Source of the DNA: an uncultured Bacteroidia bacterium
GTDB lineage: Bacteria > Bacteroidota > Bacteroidia > NS11-12g > UBA9320
DNA: 64,000 nucleotides
Direction of reading: 5' to 3'
NCBI GenBank assembly: GCA_963924815.1
Contig: CAWURO010000013.1
Coordinates: 46,461 to 110,460, forward strand
The first letter of the stretch is position 1. Every line of letters starts with the position of its first letter. The position numbers were made by a program, and so were the translations under genes. The notes beneath the pieces are model-generated. The model did not search any database and had not been told where the DNA came from. It was given only the letters and a program-made list of their open reading frames with translations. Positions 47,247-56,117 of the stretch are shown here, in pieces.

Positions 47247-48806
47247 ATGAGTAAAATTAAAATACTGTGGGCAGACGATGAAATTGATCACCTGAAGTCT
47301 CATATATTTTTTTTAGAAGAGAAAGGATATGAAATAACGACCGTAACCAATGGCTTAGATGCCACTGAAAAGGTTAGAACACACCATTATGATTTGGTTT
47401 TTTTAGATGAAAATATGCCTGGTATTTCAGGACTGGAGGCACTTAAAATAATCAAGGAGCTGCAGGGAAATCTTCCGGTAGTGATGATAACCAAAAGCGA
47501 AGAAGACCATATTATGGAAGACGCAATTGGCTCTAAAATAGCAGATTACTTGATTAAGCCGGTAAATCCAAGGCAAATATTAAGTACCATAATCAAACTT
47601 ACTGAAGGCAAAAGACTTGAAACAGAGAGTGTAACGCAGCGATATCAACAAGATTTCAGAAACATCGGTATGGCTTTTATGGATTATTTAGACTGGCCTA
47701 AGTGGAAGGAAATGTATAAGAAGCTGGTGTATTGGGAAACTGAAATGGCAGGCTCAGAAGAAACCGGTATGGAAGAAATCCTAAAAACACAGAAACAGGA
47801 CGGAAACAGAGAGTTTAGCAAGTATATCGCTAGAAACTACATCAATTTTGTGCATGCTAACGGTGACAACGAAGAAACTCCGCTTTTGTCACATCACCTT
47901 ATTCAAAAAGGAGTCTTACCACACAAACAAAAAGGTGAACCATTTTGCTTGTTGTTGCTGGATAACCTTCGGTTTGACCAGTGGAAGGCCATTCAAGTAG
48001 AAATAAGTAAATATTATAGGACGACCAGTGAAGATTTGTACATGGCCATTTTGCCCACTACGACTCAATACGCGCGAAATGCGATATTTAGCGGTTTAAT
48101 GCCTAGCGATATTGAAAAACGATATGGCGATAAATGGAGTAATGACGAAGATGAAGGTGGAAAAAATCTACACGAGGAGTTTTTCTTAAACGATCAGCTT
48201 AAGAGATTAAGAGTTGGCTATGAATCAAAGTATGTAAAAGTAACTAATCTAATTGGAGCTAAACAAATGGTTGAGCAACTACCGAATATGGCCCGTGAAG
48301 AATTTTTTACCATCGTTTATAATTTTATTGACACACTTTCTCATGCGCGAACAGATTCTAAAATAGTACGCGAACTCGCAGAAAATGAAGCTGCCTACAG
48401 AGCATTAACGTCAAGTTGGTTTGATCATTCGCCGCTGTTAGATGCTATTAAGTACTTGAGTAGTAAGAAAGTAAAATTGGTAATAACCACCGATCATGGT
48501 TCCGTTAAAGTGGATAATGCTGTAAAAATTGTGGGTGATAAAGACACCACAACAAATTTGCGTTATAAAACAGGAAAACGCATGACCTACGATCCTAAAG
48601 AAGTATTTGAGATCGCAAAACCTATAGATGCTTTGTTGCCTACTCAGCATGTTAGTAGTCGTTTTGTTTTTAGTAAAGAGAATGATTTTTTCGTGTATCC
48701 CAATAACTTGAATCACTATGCTAAGTATTACAAAGATACTTTTCAGCATGGAGGAATTTCGATGGAAGAAATGCTGATTCCTCTAATTGTTTTAGAACCA
48801 AAATAA
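47247..48806 (+). CDS. porX: PorX-type response regulator (CheY receiver plus PglZ/alkaline-phosphatase-like domain)
   Basis: 519 aa. ILWADDEIDHLK.HI.FLE.KGY…FLDENMPG.SGLE…VVMITKSEE….AIG.KIADYLIKPVNP.QIL closely matches my recollection of PorX of the type IX secretion system. Confidence 0.8.
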   Translation: MSKIKILWADDEIDHLKSHIFFLEEKGYEITTVTNGLDATEKVRTHHYDLVFLDENMPGISGLEALKIIKELQGNLPVVMITKSEEDHIMEDAIGSKIADYLIKPVNPRQILSTIIKLTEGKRLETESVTQRYQQDFRNIGMAFMDYLDWPKWKEMYKKLVYWETEMAGSEETGMEEILKTQKQDGNREFSKYIARNYINFVHANGDNEETPLLSHHLIQKGVLPHKQKGEPFCLLLLDNLRFDQWKAIQVEISKYYRTTSEDLYMAILPTTTQYARNAIFSGLMPSDIEKRYGDKWSNDEDEGGKNLHEEFFLNDQLKRLRVGYESKYVKVTNLIGAKQMVEQLPNMAREEFFTIVYNFIDTLSHARTDSKIVRELAENEAAYRALTSSWFDHSPLLDAIKYLSSKKVKLVITTDHGSVKVDNAVKIVGDKDTTTNLRYKTGKRMTYDPKEVFEIAKPIDALLPTQHVSSRFVFSKENDFFVYPNNLNHYAKYYKDTFQHGGISMEEMLIPLIVLEPK

Positions 48807-48812
48807 GGGATT

Positions 48813-49235
48813 ATGAAGATAGAGATTTGTGATTTAGGATCTGAGTTTTCAAAATTAGGAGATGTTTTGGCTGGCCAAATAGCGTCTGGAAAAAATATTA
48901 TTCTGCTTCATGGAAACCTTGGAGTGGGTAAAACAACGTTAGTTAAACGTTATATTAACGCTACCGGCGGAAATGATACCGATGTAGATAGTCCAACTTT
49001 TTCAATAGTTAATGCCTATGATGTATCCAAAAAGACTATTTATCATTTTGATTTATATCGTTTAAATTCCCTTGAAGAGATTGAAGATATCGGTTTTATG
49101 GAATATATAGATTCTGGTTACTTATGCTTTATTGAATGGCCAGAGAAAATTGCAGCGTTCTTACCGGCGGAGCGTGTTTTAACCGTTAACATATCACTAT
49201 CTTCGCAAGAATGCAGAGAGTACTTAATTTCTTAG
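48813..49235 (+). CDS. tsaE: tRNA t6A37 biosynthesis ATPase TsaE
   Basis: 140 aa with L.G.LG.GKTT…SPTF….Y….HFDLYR. Confidence 0.88.
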   Translation: MKIEICDLGSEFSKLGDVLAGQIASGKNIILLHGNLGVGKTTLVKRYINATGGNDTDVDSPTFSIVNAYDVSKKTIYHFDLYRLNSLEEIEDIGFMEYIDSGYLCFIEWPEKIAAFLPAERVLTVNISLSSQECREYLIS

Positions 49236-50356
49236 GATTTTTAACTATAGTTCTTTCATCCCAAGCTCAAGTGTGGGAGTATCGTATTGCCAAAGAAGCA
49301 CAACGCGTAGATAGTGTCGAGCAAATAATATCGGATTTACAAGATATTGGCTTTCGTGTGACGGGCAGCGTAGCGTATGACAACGCAACGCAATGGCTGG
49401 TGAATAAATATACCCAATTAGGTTATGCTCCGGTTATAGACACCTTTAAGTATGGAACTAAAAATTCTTATAATGTAATCATTGAAAAGCCTGGATCGGA
49501 GTCAGATGCTTGGATTATCGTAGGTGCTCATCTGGACGCAGTTAGTGTGAGTCCTGGGGCAAATGATAATGGTAGTGGAGTAGCTGCAACACTTGAAATT
49601 GCACGTATTCTTAAAAATGTAGACTGTAAAGTGGGAGTGAGGATCATTAATTTTGGGGCGGAAGAGCAAGGATTACAAGGAAGTAATCATTATGTTAGCA
49701 ATACTCTTTCTTCATCTGATAACATCGAACTTATGCTCAATTTGGATCAGTTAGGTGGAACATTAGGTCAAAATAATACGAGAATAAAATGCGAAAGAGA
49801 TGAAGACGACAATCCGTCTAGTAATAATGCTACGTCTAGCTTAAAAACAGATACGCTAGGTCGTTTAATCGATCTTTACACAACACTAATCCCGGTGCAA
49901 TCAAATGCCTATGGATCTGATTATATGCCTTTTCAAAATGCAGGATATGTGATAATGGGATTGTATCAGGAGTCTGTTGATCCCAATTATCACAGTGCAA
50001 ACGACAAGCTAGAAAATATGGATATTGAAGCTACCACTGAAGTTATTAAAGGAGCTGTAGCCGCTACGCTTTATTTTGCGCGGATCAATACTTCAGCGTA
50101 TTTGGCTCAGAAACCAATGAACATTGGTCACCTGTATCCAAATCCGGCTTCAACTTGGTTGAAAATCATAGATGGTGAAACGGGAGTGAATCGAGTGACC
50201 TTAACCAATGCTTTGGGTCAGCAACTTATGAGTAAGGAAATTACTTCGAATGAGGTTATTGATATTCATAATTTAATAAATGGTTTGTACTCTGTTAGCA
50301 TCTACAATACCCATAATTCTGTTTTACTGCAATCTAGACTTATAATTGCACGCTAA
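49211..50356 (+). CDS. M28 family metallopeptidase with a T9SS C-terminal sorting domain
   Basis: It has a signal peptide, the motif GAHLDAV…GANDNGSGVA, and the C-terminus LYPNPAS…GLYSVSI. Confidence 0.82.
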   Translation: MQRVLNFLGFLTIVLSSQAQVWEYRIAKEAQRVDSVEQIISDLQDIGFRVTGSVAYDNATQWLVNKYTQLGYAPVIDTFKYGTKNSYNVIIEKPGSESDAWIIVGAHLDAVSVSPGANDNGSGVAATLEIARILKNVDCKVGVRIINFGAEEQGLQGSNHYVSNTLSSSDNIELMLNLDQLGGTLGQNNTRIKCERDEDDNPSSNNATSSLKTDTLGRLIDLYTTLIPVQSNAYGSDYMPFQNAGYVIMGLYQESVDPNYHSANDKLENMDIEATTEVIKGAVAATLYFARINTSAYLAQKPMNIGHLYPNPASTWLKIIDGETGVNRVTLTNALGQQLMSKEITSNEVIDIHNLINGLYSVSIYNTHNSVLLQSRLIIAR

Positions 50357-50368
50357 GTACAGAAGGAG

Positions 50369-51736
50369 ATGAAATACACATGTTGGGGAGCTGCCAAGCA
50401 AGTTACAGGCAGTATGCACTTATTGAAATTAGAAAATGGATACACTATCTTAATAGATTGCGGTATTGATTATGAAGATAAATCGAATAAAGAAATAAAT
50501 GCTAACTTTCCTTTTGATCCAAAAACGGTAAACGTTCTGATATTAACCCACGCTCATATAGATCATAGTGGGAATATTCCTAATTTGGTAAAGCAAGGTT
50601 TTAAAGGCGAAATAATTTGTACAGAACCTACTGCGTTTTTACTCGAAAAGCTTTGGGCAGACTCTGTTAATATCCAAAATAATGCTACTAATCGTAAAAA
50701 AAGTGTTCGATTGTACGGTTTTCATGAGGTGAAAAAGGCTGTAGATCAACTATTAACCTTAGGTTATTATAAATATTTTGAGTTAAGTGATGGAGTCTCA
50801 TTCTCCTTTTACGAAGCAGGACATATTATTGGTGCTGCAAGTGTTCGCTTGGTTATAGAGGAAAATGGAAAGCAGAAAGTAATTGGCTTTACAGGTGATA
50901 TAGGAAATCCAGGTTCCAAACTTATTGTAGATGCGAAACCTATGCCAGGACTACATGCGTTAATCACTGAAACCACTTATGGTAACAGAAAGCATAAAGA
51001 GACTCGTAGTCCAGAGGAAGTACTTACAGAACAAGTAACTGCAACTTGTGTAAAGCAAGATGGACGACTAATAATTCCTGCGTTTAGTGTAGGACGTACG
51101 CAAGCGGTTTTATTTACGCTCAAAAAACTATTTAATGAAGAAAAACTACCGCCAATTCGAGTGTTTGCTGATAGCCCATTGGCTCTAGCTAGTAGTAATA
51201 TTCACAATAAGTTTTCACACTATCTAAACGAGGAAGCGCAACTATATAAAAAAGAAGAAGGAAGCTTGTTTGATTTTAAAAGCCTCTATCTCGTAGAGGA
51301 CAATGATGATGTCGAAGATATGGAGCTATTCCGTGAGGCGTGTATTATTGTGAGTAGTGCAGGAATGCTGGAAGGTGGACGTATACAACAACATATTGGA
51401 GATCATGTCCAAAATCCTATGTGTGCCATTATGATTGCGGGATTTTGCTCTCCAGGTACACTTGGGGCACAGCTTCTAGAAGGTAAAAATATCATTCGTA
51501 TTAAAGGACAGGATAAATATGTATATGCCAAAATTGGGCAAACCGATGTATTTAGTGCTCATCCTGATATTGTAGGACTTACAGATTACTTTGTAAAGAG
51601 CGATAATAGTGAATTACAAAAGGTATTCTTTGTGCATGGCGAGGAAGCAGCTATGCATGATTTAAAAGAAACGTTAGATCCTGATTTTCAGCATAAAGTG
51701 ATCATTCCAAGTAAGGGAGAAGAATGGATTCTCTAA
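50369..51736 (+). CDS. MBL-fold / beta-CASP RNA-metabolising hydrolase
   Basis: 455 aa. It has the HAHIDHSG motif and the beta-CASP arrangement, including a late …SAH.D… motif. Confidence 0.8.
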   Translation: MKYTCWGAAKQVTGSMHLLKLENGYTILIDCGIDYEDKSNKEINANFPFDPKTVNVLILTHAHIDHSGNIPNLVKQGFKGEIICTEPTAFLLEKLWADSVNIQNNATNRKKSVRLYGFHEVKKAVDQLLTLGYYKYFELSDGVSFSFYEAGHIIGAASVRLVIEENGKQKVIGFTGDIGNPGSKLIVDAKPMPGLHALITETTYGNRKHKETRSPEEVLTEQVTATCVKQDGRLIIPAFSVGRTQAVLFTLKKLFNEEKLPPIRVFADSPLALASSNIHNKFSHYLNEEAQLYKKEEGSLFDFKSLYLVEDNDDVEDMELFREACIIVSSAGMLEGGRIQQHIGDHVQNPMCAIMIAGFCSPGTLGAQLLEGKNIIRIKGQDKYVYAKIGQTDVFSAHPDIVGLTDYFVKSDNSELQKVFFVHGEEAAMHDLKETLDPDFQHKVIIPSKGEEWIL

Positions 51737-51873
51737 GTGGTTTAAAGTTACTTAAGATGCCTAATATTTACTAATTTGCTTTTTAGTAAAGCATTATCAT
51801 AAAGAGCACATGTGTTTAATTAGGACTTGGTTACTAAAAGTTTAGGTTTCGCTTAAATTATCTTTCAATCCTT

Positions 51874-51881
51874 TAGCTTTG
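51874..51881 (+). promoter_or_regulatory. -7 promoter box TAGCTTTG
   Basis: Exact TAnnTTTG, 23 nt upstream of the recQ ATG. Confidence 0.35.
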
Positions 51882-51904
51882 TAGCTTTAACGGCATTTTT
51901 ACCA

Positions 51905-53797
51905 ATGCTAGAATCTATACTTAAACAATATTGGGGGTTTGACTCATTTAGGCCATTTCAGCGAGATATTATTCTTTCGGTAATGAACGGTGACGATACC
52001 TTAGCATTGCTTCCCACGGGAGGAGGAAAGAGTATTTGTTATCAATTGCCGGCAATGGCCAAGGACGGTGTTTGTTTTGTGTTTAGCCCACTTATAGCAC
52101 TGATGAAAGACCAAGTGGATAATCTTATTAAACGAGGTGTTTCTGCAGTAGCCTTACATAGTGGAATGAGCAACGGTGAAATAGAAACTGAAATGCAAAA
52201 CACACTTAACGGTAAATATAAGATAGTGTATTTGAGTCCTGAGCGCGCTGCAACAGCAAATTTCAGAAGCTATTTAGTGAATATTTCTGTAAGTTTTTTG
52301 GTGGTAGATGAGGCGCATTGTATTTCTCAATGGGGCCATCAGTTTAGACCAGAATATCTCAAATTAGGAGAGCTAAGGGAATTACTTCCTAAGACTAATT
52401 TTATTGCGGTAACAGCTACGGCAACAGATACGGTGCAAGCAGATATCATTCGTTTTCTTGGATTTAAGACTACCCATAAAAGCTACCGAAAATCTTTTAA
52501 ACGAGATAACTTGAGCTATTTAGTACTTCGCGATAGCAATAAACTAGCGCGAATCAATAAAATATTATCTAAAGTAAAGGGCACCGCACTGGTCTATGCC
52601 AATACACGTAGAAAGTGCGAGGAAGTAGCTGCATTTATACGGCAAAGTGGTATTGTCGCATTGCATTATCACGGGGGGCTGGATAATGACCAAAGGACTA
52701 AAGTACAGCAATCTTGGATAGATAACCAAACCCGAGTGGTAGTTTGCACCAATGCTTTTGGTATGGGTATAGATAAGCCAGATGTACGAATAGTTATACA
52801 TTATGAGAAACCAGATAGTCCTGAAGCATATTATCAAGAGGCAGGAAGAGCAGGTAGAGATGGTCTAGAAGCATATTGTGTGCTACTTGCAGAAAAAGAA
52901 ATAGCCTCAGAGTTATGGACGAGTTACCCTACCACATTGCAATTGGAGCATGCACTTAATTGCTTGTACAATCATCATCAGATAGCTTTTACTTCGGGCA
53001 AAGGAGTTACTTATCCAATTGACCTTATTCAATTTTCAGAGAAGTTTAAAATTGCAACTTGGAATGTCGTTAATAGTATTAATGTGCTTCATAGTATGGG
53101 ATTTGTAAAACTCAACGAGCAAACCTTCCAATTGCCTAAATTGAGATTTGTAGTAAGTAATGAAGAACTTTATGCTTATCAAGTAAAATATGAGCTTCAA
53201 GATTTATTTATCAAGCTCCTTTTGAGATCATACGGAGGGTTATTTGATCATTATGTGGGTATAAAAATCAAGGAGCTTGCTACTCGTCAAAAATGCAGTG
53301 CGAGTTTGATCAGAAAAGAGTTGCAAAAATTACACACAGACGGGATCATTGATTTTGTAGATGCTCAAGAGGGAAACACGCTAACCTACCTTGGGGCTAG
53401 ACCTACCAAGATAGAAATTGACAAGAAAAGCTATCTCCTACTTAGAGAAAGAGAGGACCATAGGAAACAATATATAGCAAACTATGAGTCAATTAATGTC
53501 GTTTGTAGGGAGAACTATTTACTTGCTTACTTTGGAGAAAAACGTGAGGTATCATGTGAAAAATGTGATGTTTGCAGACTCTCCAAAAAGTCACAATTAA
53601 CAACGATTCAAACGTCAGAGCTTATCGAAAAGTTAAAAGAAATTACTGTGAATAAAAATTTGGATTTAGAGACAATACTATCTTCTTTTGGAGCGTTCGA
53701 AGAGAGTCAAATAATCACAGTTATTAGATGGTTATTAGACAACGAATACCTTACCAAAATTAATCAAAAGTATACTTGGACAAAAAACCAAGCTTAA
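51905..53797 (+). CDS. recQ: ATP-dependent DNA helicase RecQ
   Basis: FGF..FRP.Q…PTGGGKS.CYQ…DEAHC.S.WGH.FRP…, followed by the Zn-binding region and winged-helix region. Confidence 0.9.
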   Translation: MLESILKQYWGFDSFRPFQRDIILSVMNGDDTLALLPTGGGKSICYQLPAMAKDGVCFVFSPLIALMKDQVDNLIKRGVSAVALHSGMSNGEIETEMQNTLNGKYKIVYLSPERAATANFRSYLVNISVSFLVVDEAHCISQWGHQFRPEYLKLGELRELLPKTNFIAVTATATDTVQADIIRFLGFKTTHKSYRKSFKRDNLSYLVLRDSNKLARINKILSKVKGTALVYANTRRKCEEVAAFIRQSGIVALHYHGGLDNDQRTKVQQSWIDNQTRVVVCTNAFGMGIDKPDVRIVIHYEKPDSPEAYYQEAGRAGRDGLEAYCVLLAEKEIASELWTSYPTTLQLEHALNCLYNHHQIAFTSGKGVTYPIDLIQFSEKFKIATWNVVNSINVLHSMGFVKLNEQTFQLPKLRFVVSNEELYAYQVKYELQDLFIKLLLRSYGGLFDHYVGIKIKELATRQKCSASLIRKELQKLHTDGIIDFVDAQEGNTLTYLGARPTKIEIDKKSYLLLREREDHRKQYIANYESINVVCRENYLLAYFGEKREVSCEKCDVCRLSKKSQLTTIQTSELIEKLKEITVNKNLDLETILSSFGAFEESQIITVIRWLLDNEYLTKINQKYTWTKNQA

Positions 53798-54861
53798 TAG
53801 CAATTGTCATAAATGATGTTATATACGATCAGCGCATGATCCGTATATGTACTTCGTTGTCTCAAAATTTTGAAGTAGCACTTTGGGGTAGGGCTAAGAG
53901 TGCTGCAGTGGTTGTACCGCAGCCATACCAACAAAAACGATTTAGGTTCATGGTCAATAAAGGGCCACTATTTTACCTTATGTTTAATCTTCGGATTTTT
54001 TGGAAGCTTATTTTTTCATCGTTTGATGTTATTCATGCAGTTGACTTAGATACCTTACCTGCAGCATATTTTGCGTGTAAGTTAAAAGGTAAAAAACTTG
54101 TTTATGACTCACATGAATATTTTACCGAAGTACCTGAGCTTATTGAAAGACCGGTAAAACGAGCTGTTTGGCTTAGACTAGAAGCGTATCTTATACCTAA
54201 AATAAGCAATGCTTTAACCGTAAGCCAAGGAATAGCAGAAGCCTATTATGAAAAATACCGCGTAGCATTTGAAGTGATCAGAAATTGCCCAGTGAGTTTT
54301 GACCTTGCTAGTAAGAAGAAGGATAAAAAATATCTCTTATATCAAGGAGCCCTTAATAAGGGTAGAGGACTCGAAGCAACTATTGAAGCTATGCAAGATC
54401 TGCCTATACTCCTATATATTGCAGGAAATGGAGACATTAAAGAAGAGCTAGTAAGGCACGTAGCAGAACTAAAACTAGAGGATAAGGTTATATTCTTAGG
54501 CGAACTAAACCCTATAAAATTGAGAGATTACACACTAGGTGCTTTTGCCGGAATAAATGTAGCTGACAATTTAGGATTAAGCTACTACCTGTCGCTCAAT
54601 AATAAATTTTTTGATTACATACAATGTGGAATACCGGCGATAACTATGCCTTTTCCTGAATATAAATGGATGGAAAGCGAATATCAATGTGGGTGTTTAG
54701 CCGCAGCAGAGCCAAATGAAATTAAAAAAGCAGTAAATTTACTTTTATCTGATTCAGAATTTTATGGTATACTAAGAAAAAACTGCTTAATTGCACGTCA
54801 AATTAGAACTTGGGATAACGAAGAAAAATCCTTGTTGAAATTTTATGCAAACCTTACCTAG
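53776..54861 (+). CDS. Glycosyltransferase family 4-like
   Basis: 361 aa with a GT-B C-terminal half carrying the …G.L…RGLE…G.G… pattern. The TTG start overlaps the recQ end by 22 nt, and the start is uncertain. Confidence 0.7.
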   Translation: MDKKPSLIAIVINDVIYDQRMIRICTSLSQNFEVALWGRAKSAAVVVPQPYQQKRFRFMVNKGPLFYLMFNLRIFWKLIFSSFDVIHAVDLDTLPAAYFACKLKGKKLVYDSHEYFTEVPELIERPVKRAVWLRLEAYLIPKISNALTVSQGIAEAYYEKYRVAFEVIRNCPVSFDLASKKKDKKYLLYQGALNKGRGLEATIEAMQDLPILLYIAGNGDIKEELVRHVAELKLEDKVIFLGELNPIKLRDYTLGAFAGINVADNLGLSYYLSLNNKFFDYIQCGIPAITMPFPEYKWMESEYQCGCLAAAEPNEIKKAVNLLLSDSEFYGILRKNCLIARQIRTWDNEEKSLLKFYANLT

Positions 54862-56068
54862 AAAATTACATATTGTAGCATTTGACGTGCCTTATCCTGC
54901 AGATTATGGCGGGGTAATTGATATCTACCATAAAGTGGAGGCGCTTCACCAACAAGGAATTGAGGTTGTTTTACATATGTATCAGTACGGAAGGCAAGAA
55001 AATAAGACCAAATTACGTAAGATTACAAAAGCACTTTATTACTATAAACGAAGGACGTTCAAAAATCCATTTGTGGGCACTACTCCCTATATTGTAAATT
55101 CAAGAAATGGGAATGAACTTTTAGATAATTTATTGAAAGATTCTGCACCTATTCTTTTTGAAGGGTTACATTGTACCTATCATATTGCGAATCCTTTACT
55201 TGCTAAGCGTTTCAAAATAGTGCGTACACACAATATTGAGCATCATTACTATAAGCATTTAGAAAAGTCGGAATTTAGCTACTTTAAAAAATACTTTTTT
55301 AGAATAGAGGCTGAAAAGCTTAGAAAATACGAAAGCGTACTTAAGCATGCTCAATTAGTTGCAGCCATAAGCCCTAATGATTACGAGTATTTTGCTAAAA
55401 AATATGCCAACGTAATGTATGTGCCCGCTTTTCATAGCAATAACGCTATGGATTATCCAGGAGCGCACGGTAAATACTTACTGTATCATGGTAATCTTTC
55501 TGTTCCAGAAAACTACATGGCAGCTATAGAGTTAGTTAATCAAGTATTCTCTAAATTGCCCAATTTGCCGACAATTATAGCAGGTAATAATCCTCCAAAG
55601 GAACTAATCCAGTTATGTGCGCACTTCGATAATGTAGAACTTAAATCTAATTTGACAACGGAACAAATTCACGAATTAATCCGCGAAGCACACATTAATG
55701 TTTTATACACCAATCAAAATACAGGAATCAAGCTCAAACTGCTAAATGCCTTGTATAGTGGTAAATTTGCGGTGGTTAATCCACTTATGGTCGATGGTTC
55801 GGGTCTTGAGTCTCTTTGTGCGATAGGTAAAAATTTGAATGATGTATTGCTAAAAGTTAAAGAATATTTGCTGCTAGACTATTCTTCTTTATACTTTAAT
55901 AATCGAAAAGTATTTCTAAGTGAACATTTTAACAATAAAATAAGCTCTCAATTGTTGATGGAAGCTATTGACTTTTCATCCGATAGTATGCCTAAACAGA
56001 GGTCAGACGAGAAAGTATTACAGAGTTTATCTCAATTATCCTCTTTTATGTCTTACTTCTCACTGTAA
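54845..56068 (+). CDS. Glycosyltransferase (GT-B, mannosyltransferase-like)
   Basis: 407 aa. The N-terminus reads LHIVAFDVPYPADYGGVIDIYHK. It overlaps the upstream glycosyltransferase gene by 17 nt. Confidence 0.65.
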   Translation: MQTLPRKLHIVAFDVPYPADYGGVIDIYHKVEALHQQGIEVVLHMYQYGRQENKTKLRKITKALYYYKRRTFKNPFVGTTPYIVNSRNGNELLDNLLKDSAPILFEGLHCTYHIANPLLAKRFKIVRTHNIEHHYYKHLEKSEFSYFKKYFFRIEAEKLRKYESVLKHAQLVAAISPNDYEYFAKKYANVMYVPAFHSNNAMDYPGAHGKYLLYHGNLSVPENYMAAIELVNQVFSKLPNLPTIIAGNNPPKELIQLCAHFDNVELKSNLTTEQIHELIREAHINVLYTNQNTGIKLKLLNALYSGKFAVVNPLMVDGSGLESLCAIGKNLNDVLLKVKEYLLLDYSSLYFNNRKVFLSEHFNNKISSQLLMEAIDFSSDSMPKQRSDEKVLQSLSQLSSFMSYFSL

Positions 56069-56093
56069 TCCTTCCGTTTTTAGTGAATACTTT

Positions 56094-56101
56094 TACATTT
56101 G
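56094..56101 (+). promoter_or_regulatory. -7 promoter box TACATTTG
   Basis: Exact TAnnTTTG, 16 nt upstream of the yidC ATG. Confidence 0.35.
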
Positions 56102-56117
56102 CACCTAATAAATTTTC

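Noticed and set aside
51767-51790. 8-bp AT-rich hairpin (TTTACTAA / TTAGTAAA) in the 168-nt gap after the MBL-fold gene; possible terminator or sRNA
   Set aside because: The stem is A/T-rich (one C-G pair), no U-tract follows, and there is no flanking promoter besides the recQ -7 box. This is too weak to call.
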